Below are positions 25,306 to 38,734 of a stretch of 64,000 nt of DNA, one piece after another (the first letter of the stretch is position 1; the number at the start of each line of letters is the position of its first letter). The translations under genes were made by a program, and so were the position numbers. The notes below the pieces were generated by a model, which saw only the letters and a list, made by a program, of their open reading frames with translations, was not told the DNA's origin and made no database searches. The DNA is from Bugula neritina (lineage: Eukaryota; Animalia; Bryozoa). The DNA is taken from assembly GCA_964035545.1 (NCBI GenBank), contig OZ037765.1, positions 15,934,995 to 15,998,994 on the forward strand. The letters are read 5' to 3'.

Positions 25306-26650
25306 TGTTGATTTACTTGATAGTTTAGCAATATAGTTCAGCAATTTATTCTAATTGAGACACAGGAACAAAAGAGAGGGATTATGGGTAAAAAGAAAGC
25401 AGGTTACAAAATGATGTAATATTGAATCGATAAGTATGTAGTTATATAAATGATTGATTTTCACTACATTCAATACTCCCACATAGTTTAGTTATGACAT
25501 AAATGATAAAAAAGTCTTAACAAAAACTGAATTAAATACAGAGAAAATAAAAATAAAGAAAACTACGTAACAACACATTCAAGATGATACAAGGTTTAAT
25601 TAGTTTACACATTTGATGCCCAGCATGTTGCGGAGTGCTTAAAATTTATTTCAAGTGAGGAGTTTTGTAAAGATGTCAGCAAGCATAGTTTCTGTAGGAC
25701 AATGTTCAATCACAATATTGTAGTAGTTTTGTGGGTTTATAGATTAAGCAGTCTGCATGCCAATACTATTCCTTTATTAAATACAAGTCTCTTTGGATAA
25801 ATTAGTATAATTGCCTTTATTGTATTCCAATGTGTCTTCATAGAGCTCCAGTGTAAGACTGATTTTGCACTGGAAATTCTCTTCCTTATATAGTAGCAAA
25901 ATTTTCTGCCACCTCTGGTGTCCGAAACTCGGCCGAAGTTCGGAGTTCCGCTGGCCGAAGTCAGAAGGGTCTGTACGAAGTCAAACAGACCCCAAAGAAG
26001 TCGCGCCCTCGGGCTCCGATTTTGGTCGAGTTTCAGCTCACATAACTTCGTTTGTTTAACTCAGAAAAATGTGGTGTGGGAATACAACTCTCAAAAAATA
26101 TAATACTTGATAAACATCTCTATTTTCCGTTGCAATATGTCGATTTTGCACTTCTTGTCGAATGTAATGGAATTTAGCATCAAAGTGCTTGCTTCTTTTG
26201 CTTACATTTGTATTGCTTGTTATACTGATGGCGAATTAATAGTCAATGCAGAGTCTTATTGGGCTTGGTATCTTTTCAGTGACATCAGCAAGTAACTGCC
26301 GTAGCCATGTAGTTTTTCTGGTAGCATCAAAAGCAGCTATATATTCTGCCTCTGTTGAAGATAAGGCCACAGTTGACTGTCATTTACTGAGCCAGCTAAT
26401 GATGTGTGTGTGTGTGAGATGGCTGCTTGTCAGTCAGCTTGCTAGCCACCGTAACTCTGACAAGTAAGAATGCACTTGCAATGTATTAGAAAAGATTTTT
26501 GTCGAAAGATAAAATTTCTGTAAATTAGATCTATAATACTGATACAGAGACTACTAAGTGCATCTGATACCTCTTCTGGAATTATTCAGGGCTTAAAGAA
26601 AATCCAACAGGCATTTTCAATCACTTCTATATATTTCCCAAACGGCGTCC
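25306..26650 (-). mobile_element. Ty1/Copia fragment (RT end/RNase H) with probable 3' LTR (25306-25575)
   Basis: SWLSK*QSTVALSSTEAEYIAA...WLRQLL...KRSKHFDAKFHYIRQE (26150-26400) and IEHCPTETMLADIFTK...LRNMLG (25615-25720); TGTTG...CAACA segment immediately downstream. Interrupted by unrelated DNA at ~25740-26120. Confidence 0.8.
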
Positions 26651-26659
26651 AGATTGTAG

Positions 26660-27920
26660 TTCTAGTCGCTAGACTTTTTGTGGTGTTCCCAGGGCAAATT
26701 TTTGATGCCTTCGAAAACTTCTGGGTAGCTTTTAAGAATGCCATCTAGGCTGGCACTGCTTATTAAGTCAACCCATTCTTCTTTAAAGGTAATCAAGCAA
26801 GTTGAAGAGCGGCTTCGTACAGATAGAAGGCTGCGATTTTGTGGCTTGTGCACCAGAAAGTACTGCTTCTTTCCAGTTACCTCCAGTTTGCGTCCTCCTA
26901 ATGCTTGAATAATAGAGCCATTAAACTGCTTTAGCCTTATCTGGTTGCTGTCCAGCTTTGGTTTACTGAGGTCAACATAATCTTTGTAATTGAGAATATT
27001 ACAGGATGCTCCTGTGTCAATCTGAAACTGTGTCTGTGGCTATCATTCACACTGGCTTTTATAGTCATTAACTTTTTATTTTTCCTGAATACCTGTATGT
27101 TTAACAAGAATTCCCCTGAGCCATCACTGTCTTTCTCTGCCACATTTACATGCTTTTTTCAGCGACATTGGGCTCTTCAATGGTTGTACTGCTTGTAGTT
27201 ATGACACTGGTGACCATGCCGGACACTTTCTGGGAAGGCGAAGCTTCCCACAGTTGCCATAACATCTTTTTGAAAAGTATCCTGTTTGAGTGAACTTTAC
27301 TGAATTATTTTTATCATCTTTGTTTTGCTCATTTGGCTTATTTCTAGAACTGATGAACTGCACTGACTCTTCAGCCTTGATTGCAGTCATATCATTCCTT
27401 TGAATTCTCTGCAATATGACATTTTTAATAGCCTTCTCCAGTTTTAAGCCAGTATCTCAACTGGCATCGTAAATAGTTTTCTTCTTAGTTGGTCATCATT
27501 GATGACAAGGAGTAAAGCTTGACGCATGAAATCATCATACATTGTATCCAGCTGACACTCTCCAGTAATCTTGTAAAGTGAGGTGACATATTTGTCAATG
27601 TTCATTGTATTTATTGTTTAGTGTTTTATTAAGCATTGTTAATTAAATGTATTGCTGAATAAATTGGTATGAATAGTTGAGCATTTTGAAAAATTTTCAT
27701 GCACAATTTAATATGAGCAAAAGCCTGGGGCAAATCCAATTTTGAAAAAAGAGTATCACAGCTCATCTTCTTTTGCATTTCCTGAATAGATGGAATTGAG
27801 TAAGAGTCAACCACCAAATGAGATTCAGTGTCACCTTGAAGTCTTCACAGAGTGTAATGGCTCCTGATGATTTGATCACTGCCACTACTGGAGTAGCCCA
27901 TTCACTCTGACTCACAGGTG
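26660..27920 (-). mobile_element. Decayed Gypsy fragments (gag/protease 26660-27600; separate RT N-terminal piece 27620-27920)
   Basis: IDKYVTSL..DDQLRRKL and CYGNCG..RKCPA gag motifs; QFQIDTGASC protease; SEWATPVVAV..LCEDFKVTLN and LFSKLDL RT motifs. Confidence 0.75.
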
Positions 27921-27929
27921 ATGATGAGG

Positions 27930-29380
27930 TCAAAAAAACTTGACAGTGGTTCTGCCAAATTCACTCTTTTGCTTGTTCAGTGTCACTCCGGCTGCTTTAA
28001 TCCTTTCCAGCACTTTTCTTAAGCAAAAATTGAGTTGCCCTTGAGTGCTCCCATGAACCAGGATATCATTCATATGACAAATGACTCCTTCCAGATCGGC
28101 AAGCAGCTTTTGCATTTTTTGCTGGCATGTCTCTTGGGTGAGCTCATGCCAACAGGTAATCTTTTACAAAAATAACGACCAATTGGGTGATGAAAGTAGT
28201 AAGCTTTTGGCAATCATCGTGAAGTTTCATCTGCCAGGATCCGCTGTTAGCGTCAAGCTTGCTAAATACTTTGGAATTACATAAATCACTCATTGTTTCT
28301 TTCCATTTCAATAGTATGTGAAATTCACGTTTTACAGCCTTATTTAAGTTTGTGAAATCAATCAAAATCTTCAGCGTCCCATTTGGCTTTGGCACCATAA
28401 CGGACGGAGAGCACTACTCAGTAAGCTGTTCAATTTCTTGAATGACTCCCAAGTTTTCCATATTTTGTAACTCCTCTTTAAGTGCCAGCTTTCTTGAAGC
28501 CGCCACTCTCATGGACACAACATACGGCTCAACTCCTTGTTTGATAGCGATCTTCACTTTGTTTGTCATTGATGCCAGTCCTTGAAAGAGCATTGGATAT
28601 TTTAAATCCAATCACCGTTCTTAACCAGGGCGACTTCTTGTACAAACTGAATGAGTCCCAATCTAGCTTTTGCAGGCTTTCCCAACAATGGGCTCACTAA
28701 ATTTTTATAAGATATACCTTTTCTTGAATAGTTGTATTCTCTGTAGAAAGTGCCATCATAGCTTTCCCTATCACCGTAAGCTTGTGGTTTCCCGCCCCCG
28801 TCAAGATTTTGTCTGCTGGGGTAATGTTCATCCTAAGTGACTTCATTGTATCTGGAACTGCAGTTACAGCTGCCCCAGTGTTCAATTTGAACTTGAGTGA
28901 TTGAATCTTTGGTTTAAGATTCACCATCCAGGCTTTTCTTGTCTTTTTTGCACAGGACACTACATCTAGTCATGCTGTTTTGTCTGATCCTAAAAACAGA
29001 CCATCTAATTCTTCAGATGTCTGGTCTACTTCAACATATTTCAACTCTCCTTGCCTACCCTTACAGGCTTTGGACTTGGCCCAATGACTTTTCTGCTTAC
29101 AAGCATGGTATACTGCATTACGTGCTGGCACATTTTTTTTGGGGATGGGACAAAAATCGACAATCAGGACAGCCTTGCCTTGCTGTTTCAGTCTGATAGG
29201 CACTACCTGCCCGGGCTGTCCGGCCACCGCTTTTTGTTATTTCTCCATTTCCAAACAGGAATAGCACTTACACTCTTTCGATATCCATCTTCCGACTGCA
29301 GGGTTTGGAAATGGTGACACACATTTTTTAGCCTTTTGAATACACTTGGGTAGGGTTAAATCTTTTATATCAATCAAGTA
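27930..29380 (-). mobile_element. Decayed Gypsy (K02A2.6-like) gag-protease-RT fragment
   Basis: DLTLPKCIQKA and CKQKSHWAKS..C gag; FKLNTGAAVT protease; VPKPNGTLKILIDFTNLNKAVKRE, FSKLDANSGSWQ and VICHMNDILVHG RT motifs. Confidence 0.85.
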
Positions 29381-31351
29381 CTCCCTTAACTTATCATTAT
29401 ACACACCAACAACAATCCTATTTTTAACAAGCTGATCACAGATACCTCCATATTCACAGTTATCTGCTTAGGACTGCAGATATCTGCGTCACTATATAAG
29501 AAAATCAGAAGCATAATTGTATATTTTTGTAGCTTAGCATAATATAGCACAATACCTATAGAACTATTTTTCTGCCTTCTGCAGAAGTACAACCTTTTGA
29601 ATGGGCAAGTCGATGGTCGTCAAGTAAAAAATCTGCTTACCCTTGTTATCAATTCCGGCATTATCCAGTCTTAGTTTGACATTTCTCACTCTATCATCTG
29701 AACCTAGCTTGACTTCAGTGATTATTCCTATGGTCCATTGATTTCTTGGTAGGTTTTCATCCACTATCATCACTATGTCATATTTTCTAACATTTTTTGT
29801 GGCAGCTCCCACCTTCGTCGTTTCGTGATTTGGCCTAGATACTCATCTCTCCACGCGTTCCAAAAGTCACTGGCAAGCTGCTGCAATTTCCGCCACATCT
29901 TTTTACCATATATCTCAGTGTCGTCAAAGTTCCCAGGTGGTGCTGAAGTCTTATGAGTGATGAGGTGATTAAGAGTCAGCACAGAAATTTCATGATCATC
30001 TAGTGCACTTACTACTATCGGCCTGCTGTTGACGGTTGACATTGCCTCATGAAAAGCTACGCGCAAGCCTGTAGTGCTCAACCGGTTTTTTATGTTTACC
30101 TCCTAACAAAGCATTTAGCACTGCTTTGACACTATGAATTTGTCGTTGCTACACTCCTCAAGCGTGTTTTGCTTGTGGTGTATTGAACACGAATTTAATA
30201 TGCCTTTCCTGTAAGTACTTACTTGAAGCAGTGTTTGAGCTAATGGACTCCATTTCTCTTTTCAACTCATTAAATGCTCCAATAAAGTTTGTGCCTTGGT
30301 CGCAATAAATTGAGTGAACTGCCCCTCTAAGACAAATAAATGATCATAAAGCATTAATCAAAGAATGTGTGGTCATGTCATTGAGGAGTTCCACATGCAC
30401 CGCTCTCGAGTACATGCATATTAGCAAAAGCATCAATAATTTTATTTCGGAGCGTCTATCTCTAACCACAAATGGTACAAAGCAATCCATGCCTATGTTG
30501 GTAAATGGTGGTGTTGGTTGCAACCTAACCGCTGGCAAATCTCCCATAATTTGGGTTTCGGGTTTTCCCCTACGCTTCTTGCATGTGATGCACATAGACA
30601 GTGTCTTATTGACTAAGCTTTTAGCACCTATCATCCGATAACCCGCATTTCTTATTGCAGCTTGAGTGAATGACCCTCCTTGGTGGTGAACTTCGCCATG
30701 ATGTTGCCGTACAAAAAGATTGGCTACATTTTCTTTCTTAAACAAGATGATTGGGCGCTTTTCTTCAAAACTAAGAGCTTCGGAATTGTTTACTCTTTTT
30801 CCAATGCGCAGCATTCCTATCTGGTCAATGAATGGTTAAAGCTTGACTAATGCGCTTTTCTTGCTCAAAGATTTCCCAGCATAAAGTGTTCTTATCTCCA
30901 CACTGAAATGTTAATGCTGAATTTTCAGTATGACAGTCGTACTTGCAGCTTCAAGGCTTTTCTGGTTGACTAGCTTTATTGGTCATTTGTTTTCAGATGA
31001 CTTTTGAATACCTTGTATTATAGCAATTATGCGTATTAAGGTGCCCCAAGTAGAAAACTTGGTAAACTTATGTGTAATGAACGGCGTCGCAGCAGATGCC
31101 AATACTTGGACTTTCTTAAGTTTTGGATCCGATGGGTCAATACGATAATTCTTTTCTTGGGGTTGCTGGAGTAGTTTGGGGCTTGTTTCGAGCAAACATT
31201 TTAGGCCAAAAAACCACATGGTGTTGATTAACTGGTCACATCTTTTGCTCCGCGATGCTATGTCTGCTGGGTTTAGGCTGCTCCGAATGTAAAGCCACTG
31301 TGATGAGCTTGTTCTCGACTTAGTCAGTTGCACTCTTTTGTGGACAAAGGT

Positions 31352-32568
31352 TGTAGATTCTACCCCAGTTTATTTATAATAGGTTGCACTGCTGGAGTTT
31401 TGCTGATGTTTATTGAAACCAACTGGTAACCAACGTGAAACTACAATAATACAATTTAATAATAAAAACATTGATGAAAAAAAAAATGAAACATAAAACA
31501 TTACAAAATTGTTGCATAACATTAACAATGTTCAACATACCTCTATTACCCTTCCTGGGGAGAGTTAGAATTAAATATATAAAGTTGTGATAGTGAAAGT
31601 TTAATCAAAAATCAAAAATGACTAGTGAGAACTACAACAGTCAGTGGAGAAAACACCTCAGCTACTATAATTTCTGGCTAGAAGCTATAAAAAGCTGACA
31701 GCTATTCTGGTAGCAAAAATCATTGCATTGTAATAGTGAAAACAAAGCTATTTGTGGTTTAAAAAAAGCTGTGGCTAAGTAAGTATCTAAGTGAGTAGCT
31801 AAGTGAGTATAAGGGTGAATGGTGATGAATTGTCCTGTGCCACTGTATGTAGTAGTGTGTAATATAATAAAAAATGATCAAAACGCTACAAAGGTGTTAA
31901 ATCGCTTTGTATGAACTAGGCTGTGATTTGGGCAATAAATCCTCACTGATGTCCTTTATTATATTATTATTCTAACATTACATTGGTTGATCTCATTTGA
32001 CACTCATTGACTTCTATTGACATCGTCAAGACTACAATTGTGATTCAAAACTTACACAATCTCAGCATAAACACATATAAACAACCCTAAAACTACAAAC
32101 AGTTGCAATCCACGAAAAAGAAACAATATAATTAATATAAACGACTTACTTATTTTTGCTCTCTTAATATTACAACTAGTTCACTAGGACCAACTATTGC
32201 CAAGGGCCATTTAGTTAGCACTGACTGTGCTGTAGAAAGCTTTTCTTTTTATGTTTTTAATATAGCCAAGATAGCTAAGCAAACTCACGCTAATTTCACT
32301 ACACACCCCCCAAAAAATCGCTCCGATTTCTCAAACATCTGATGAACAGCTTACAATGTTAGTGAAATTGTTTTCTATAACTACACAAAAAAAACACTAC
32401 AGTCAAAATTATTTTTTGCGCTCTTAACATTACAACTAGTCTACTAGCACCAACTATTGCCAAGTGCCAGATGTCTTTTAGTTAGCACTGACTGCTGTAG
32501 AAAGCTTTTCTTTGTATGGTTTTAATATAGCTAAGATAGCTAAGCAAACTCACACTAATTTCACTACA
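31352..32568. repeat. ~1.2 kb unidentified insertion in BEL RNase H carrying a ~155 bp imperfect direct repeat (32149-32303 / 32409-32568)
   Basis: The BEL frame (WIADENKR | ..FVHKRV) resumes across it. Two copies of ttatttttgc..attacaactag..gtagaaagcttttc..gatagctaagcaaactcac.ctaatttcactacac. Confidence 0.7.
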
Positions 32569-33911
32569 CGCTTGTTTTCGTCTGCTATCCATGCCAGTGT
32601 TATTTTGAAATCAATCCAAAAGTATTTGTCATCGATGTCCGTATCTAGTTCTGTCTTGAGAGTCTGACTCAATTGTGGAGCCATTACAGCGGACATAAGT
32701 TCCAGGCGAGGTATAGTAAATAGTCCCTTTGATGGTATCACTTCAGACTTTCCAAGCAAAAGTGACACGTGTACTTCTCCTCTGTCGTTAACCAGACGAA
32801 TGTAGAAGCATGCACCCATCTCATTTTCACTAGCATCGCAGAAGTGGTGTAGCTCAGCTTGAGCAGTTGAGCCAAAATTTTTTGATCAAATACATCGTGA
32901 AATTTGAATTTCTTCTTTGGTCGGCAATTGTTCTATCCAGTTTGTGCATAATCTCAAATTCGTATTGTCTATTTTGTCACCCCAACCTAATTTTGCTTCA
33001 TTTACCTTTTGTAGAACGAGTTTGCCTTGCAAGGTGTATAGGGCAAGAAAGCCTAGAGTTTTGAAAAGCTGGCTTACTACTGACAGGATTCCTCTTCTGG
33101 TGTCTGGTTTATTTTTATGTTGTTGACAAATTTGAAAGAATCCGTGCTCAATGACCACTGCAGGCCTAGGGTTCTCTGCTCTGGTAGGTTCCCACTAAAC
33201 AATTCTATGTCTTGAACCGTTCTTCCCGATTCTGGTAGAGATTCCAGAACTTTTGCGCTGTTGGAGGTAAACTTATGAAGCCTTAAGTTACCCTGTCTGC
33301 AGATTTCTGTTGCTCCCTTGATAAGCTCTGTGACTTCAGATTCAGAATTAACACTTGTCAACCCGTCATCCAGGAAAAAGTCTTGCTTTATAAACGATGC
33401 TGCTTTGTCGGAGATGTTCCTATTATCATTCCCAACTTTGCGAAGGTTGTAAGTTGCGACCGCTGGAGACTTGGCTCTGAAAAGGTGCACTTTCATTCGG
33501 TATATTTTGGGCTTTCTCTGCTTGTCATGCCACAAAAATTGAAGATAATCACGATCCTTGGGCTCTACCAAAAAGTTATAGAACATCTTCTGAATATCAC
33601 AACTGATAGCAATCTCCTCTTTTCTAAATCGGCACAGAATTCTCAGCAGTGAGTTTCTCATGTCAAGTCCTTGCAGTAGATGGTCGTTTATTGAGGTTCC
33701 TTGCTATTGAGCTTCTGCTTCTTTGGGTGTGTGACAGAAAAATGAGGGATGAACCATGGCTCCCTCGGTTTTCCTGACTGTCTGATCCACTGACTCTGCT
33801 AACCCCGTATCCATTATTTCATTCATGAATTCCGTATATTCTTGTTGAAGCTTTTCATCTTTTTTGAATCACCTTTACAACAGTTCGTGTCATTTGTGTG
33901 CCTGTTGATAA

Positions 33912-34351
33912 TGTAGTAGCTCATGGACATTCAAGGGGGAAACTCGTTTTCCCTCTCTTTGTTAATATATATATATATATATATATAGTTATATCGCGAA
34001 TAGTTACTAGTCATAGCGTTCCTACATTGCCCGTCTGTCATACGGCAACCACGTGGCTGGTGATGTGACTGTTCCCCAATCCTTCAATCAGGATGAAGAC
34101 CAACCTGTAATCACAAGGCAAGAGATTCTCCCGTGTCAGTACAGACTAGCTAGGTTGACAGTAAACACTCATGTAATCATTGTATCAGCTTTCTGACTAA
34201 TGTAAAGTTTTCTGACTATTGTATCTTGTATAAATAATACATCTTACTATTATTCTCACACTACAATCATTTGGAGTTGATTATGTAACTATCTGTCATG
34301 TGTTAACTGGACTATACACAAAGACTCACATCAAACATAGAAAACATAACA
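33912..34351. mobile_element. Solo LTR inserted in the BEL element (4-bp TSD ATAA)
   Basis: TG...CA termini with ATAA at 33908-33911 and 34352-34355. Removing it restores the BEL motif LNNY|QQAHK. Contains a short (TA)n. Confidence 0.8.
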
Positions 34352-35820
34352 ATAATTGTTTAGAAGAATCAGTCTCGTTTTGAATGGTAGAGGTATTTGA
34401 TAGGAGCCAGACTCTAGTATGGTTTTCTCATTGTCCATGATGCTCAGGAATTCGGCATCATCTTGGGACTTCCTATGTAAAGTATCATGTACTTTGTCAT
34501 GACTTTCTAGGGTGGTGGTGATAGAAGCACTTACTTTTGATTCCTGCTTACTTTGCTCTTTAACACCAAATACAGCCCAGCCATGCTCTGATCTGATTGC
34601 ATATGTTTGGTTGTCCTCCCCTTTTTTAGCTTCTAATGGAAATGATGCAGCTGAACAGTTAGCTGCTAGAATTAGCCTAACAGGCACATCTAATGATGGT
34701 GGTAAAGCATTTTACAGAGAGCTCAAGTGCTGGCATTGCTTGATATTCATATTGCTTGCAAATGCTTCGGTAGAATTCGGAATGTGAGGCCACTCATAGA
34801 CAGATGCAAGTTTGACTTGCCCACCGAACTACCAATTTAGTAACAAGTCACCATACAGACTTATATCTTGTTTCGATGATTCCCCAGACATAGTTTTTAT
34901 ACCAATAAGCTTTTTCTAGAGGAATTTTAGTTGAAGCTTGTTTACTAACGCAGCAGTGATAAATGAATGAGCTGAAGCTGAATCTAAAATTGCGTAAACC
35001 AAAATGCTATTGGATGGATTTGATGCGGGTGAAATGTACACGGGTATCCCTATATTAAACAGTTGCGTGTGGTCACTTGATTTAGTACTTTTATTGGAGA
35101 GCTTAATACTTACATGGCTTTTCACTCTTTAAAAAGTTGATTCTATCTTCGTCTGGCTTTTCGAATAGCTAGAAGCAGTGCACAGTGGGGTGTGACTCTA
35201 AACAGTTTAGGCATGGTTACTTGCTCACAGCTGTTGTAGCAAATGACCTGATAGAATTTTTGGTTTACCACTTTGATCTTTGTTGTTTGTGTATACATAC
35301 GTTTTTACGATGATGGACGGTTTGATGCTTTGCTGGTAAACAGAGGTAGCGATTGCAGTTCTGCTTCTTCAGGGATAAAACATGCAAATTCATCGAATCG
35401 GGGATATCTCTGCTCGAATTTTTGAGTCTGACCAACTTTACCAGCCTACTTCCTCTTAATCCATTCTGGTAGTTTTTCACATAGTTGCTCATTTATTTGT
35501 GAATCGTTTAGTATTTTCAGCTCTTAATGGATTGAATGCCACTCACACATTGCTGCAAATAGTCAGCATACTTTCGAAGAACTTGTGCGTCCCCACTATG
35601 AACTTTTGGCCATTTGCTTGATGTATCCCTCATTGTCCTTCCTACGTCAAACATACTGCCATATTGTTCTTTCAGCTTCTGTCTTGCGTGCATGTGAGAT
35701 TGTTCTGTTCTGATATAAAAGTCTCCATTTATGCATTCTCTGGCATTTTCACTAAGATATCTTTTAAGATAGCTTAGTTTTTCTACTCCTCTGATTATGC
35801 CTTGCGACTCGAAATAAAGG

Positions 35821-35828
35821 TATACATA

Positions 35829-35905
<77 letters not shown>

Positions 35906-35925
35906 ATATATATATATACATATAT
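35821..35925. repeat. (TA)n microsatellite
   Basis: ~100 bp of near-pure TA repeats at the right edge of the retroelement block. Confidence 0.95.
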
Positions 35926-38734
35926 TTAATTCAATCCGCTTTAACCTATAGTCAACCAGTTATTTATTTTCTTTATTATTTTTGTAGTGCACTCGTCCAA
36001 GCATCAAACCTCTGCTTCTAAATAAGGCCAGCAATAAATGATGGGCCCACAACCAGATAATCAAATGATCAAATCGATGTAAGCAGTGTAAATCATTACA
36101 GTTCAGAAGTGTGCTGATGGTTCTTTAATTTTCCCATCCACAGTGGAAATTGTACTTCTAACTACCTGAGCGTTTGTTACTATCTAGCACCGTGTAATAA
36201 TATGTCGAGATGGTGACAATAAATCTTACCTCAACAGTATTGAACTATATTCTAGAATATATAAGCGTTCATCTAGCTGGAAGAGTTTTATTTAAAAAAC
36301 TTTTTTTTTAGTGGTCCACTAAGCAAGTGTGATAATGCAATTTCTGAGCATTTACTGGGAAGTTATTTCTAGACCAATAGTGATTTTTGTATATTCTATT
36401 TTAAATAATTATGATTATTTGCTAAATAGAGTGAAAAGTGGTGCCTTCTTTTTCTGTAGGGGAAAGAAAGCAACTGCAATTTACAACAGAAACCTCTACA
36501 TACAATAGGTATGGGGAGCTATTGTGCTCTATTGAACTCTAGAGGATTTCGTGTGCTATGATATCAAACACTTTTTTCAGAAGTCAATTATAAATATTCC
36601 TAAAAAATAACTTGGTTATGATAATGAACTTTAGCTTGCGGCACCTATACCTACGTATAAATATAAACTCAATGCAATATGTGTGTATGCTAGCATATAG
36701 TTGTTGTATTAAATGTTTGGTTTTGTTAAATTTAAAGCACCAACCAATAAACTATTTAATTTATGGTTATCTTCCTTGTTATCCTTATGTAATTTTCAAC
36801 TATTATAATTTTTTGTATATTTCATTATATAATTCCAGCACAATAAAATAATGATGTGTTAACCAGTTATACAACATTCTATACAACCATTGACTAAAAC
36901 AGTTTGGCATATATTGTGTCCTTAATATAGCTTTTTGCCTTACACAGAGTGACACCACAACACTATATATATATAGCTGGTAAAAATAGTTCCCCATTTT
37001 TTTAGTAAAACACAATTGCTTGAATATATGTACTTGTCACTATAAGTTTTAGTTGAATATAATGAATTACCAGCTGTAGACCACTGAATCAAAACTCAAC
37101 TTATACCACAACTTTCATGAAGGAGTTTAGCATGAGAAAGTAGTGATGGTGCTATCTATGTTTATGCTGTCTCATTGCAGGCACACGCAACCTCTATCAC
37201 TACAGCATTCTTTAAAATCTTGCTGAGATCACTAATGGCAAATATTTATCTGTCAAATGATAACATGTGTGATTGAGGGGTTATCTTCTACTGTCCCTTT
37301 TAAAATGGAATCCTGTCTCCATCACTGCAAAATTGTGTGTATATATAACATATTACATTTAATTTGATTTTAAATCAATATATATCTTAGTGCAATTATG
37401 ATTAGGGATATAAAAGTCAAAACCAGCTTATTTTAGAAAAGCTAAATGAAAAGCCAATGATCGCTATAAATTAGGAAAAATGTGAAACTTTATAGGACAT
37501 ACTCATTAGCTAGTCCAATAGTCAAAAGAAATTACTGGTTATGATTTTAAGTTTTAAGCACACTCAATTGATTCATATAATAACTTGATTGCTTTATTCA
37601 ATACTAGATTTAGTATTTTGAGCTATGTTAAAACAATTTTACATATTTCTGCTATTTTATATAGGCTAAAGTCTGCATCATTCCAAATATTAAATGTAAA
37701 TTCTGTTCACCTTTAAAATATACTTTTCGCTTACCAAAGAAATGGTAACTGAATGTCTTGTAAAAGGGTTACATGGGTTCTAAAATAGGCTTATTGTTAA
37801 TCACTGCATGACTTGTCGGTAATGACAAGTAATACCTCTATAACAAAATATATTAAACTTTTGATATAGCTTTAGTGCACTATATTATTCTGGAACTTCA
37901 CTTAATGGAATATTGATGCAAATTCATATGGACAGATTCTTAATGCAAAGAGTAGTTTGCATTGCTCGCTGTGTCAACAGCCGGAAAAACTTTATCTTTA
38001 CTTTCACTTGATAATGTTTTACTTTATAAGACAATGTATTTCAATATAATTGTTATAAGAAGGCCCTCCCAATTATTATTATATCATGTTATTAATATAT
38101 GCTGGTGACATGATAAATCAACCCATTTCACAGCTCAGTTACCCTGCACTGTGTAGTTTAATAGGAATCAATGTAGTCATTAATCATTGGCTAAGGCGTA
38201 CATGTGCCTGTTGATAGTGGATGCATGAGTACTAGTAGTTGAACATTTCATAGTTAGATTACACTCTGAGTAGCATGGTAAGTTTTTACTTTTCTCAGTT
38301 ATACCTTTGACATTTGATATTCATATAGGCTTTTCTATGATCATTCTATACATTTTTATTATAGTTTATGGTTCATTTTAAAAATAGCCAAGTAATTTTG
38401 CATTCACCTGAAACTTTGGTTGAAGAGTATAACAATATTATGTCTGCGGTATGTGGTTCAGTTTACAGGATATCCAACATGACTCGCACCACTTTCTATT
38501 CATTAGTAATAGTAGGTTGATGCTGGTGGTGAACATGTAGCAACCATTCCACTAGCCAAAGCATAATGCTTGTGCTCTTATACACAATAAGCAAAGGGTT
38601 CAGGCAAGCTGTCATATTGTATGTAACCTGCATCAAAACTTTTTGTTCTAAAAGCAGTTTTCTCCTCACTCTCAAGTTGTCTTCATTTTAATTTGAATTT
38701 AGGCTCAACAAGTGCATCTCAGAACATATTAAAG

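Larger units (their letters stand above)
29380..35820 (-). mobile_element. Decayed BEL/Pao LTR retrotransposon (gag, protease, RT, RNase H, integrase)
   Basis: gag EKLSYLKRYL..ARQKLKEQYG; protease YAILDSASAHSFI; RT LCRFRKEEIAISCDIQKMF..FFLDDGLTS..LRLHKFTSN; RNase H LHHFCDASE..TIPRLELMSA; NPADIASR; integrase MGDLPAVRL..PPFTNIGMDCF, SRAVHVE, NSRPI, LPRNQW. Interrupted at 31352-32568 and 33912-34351 and cut off by (TA)n at 35820. Confidence 0.92.
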
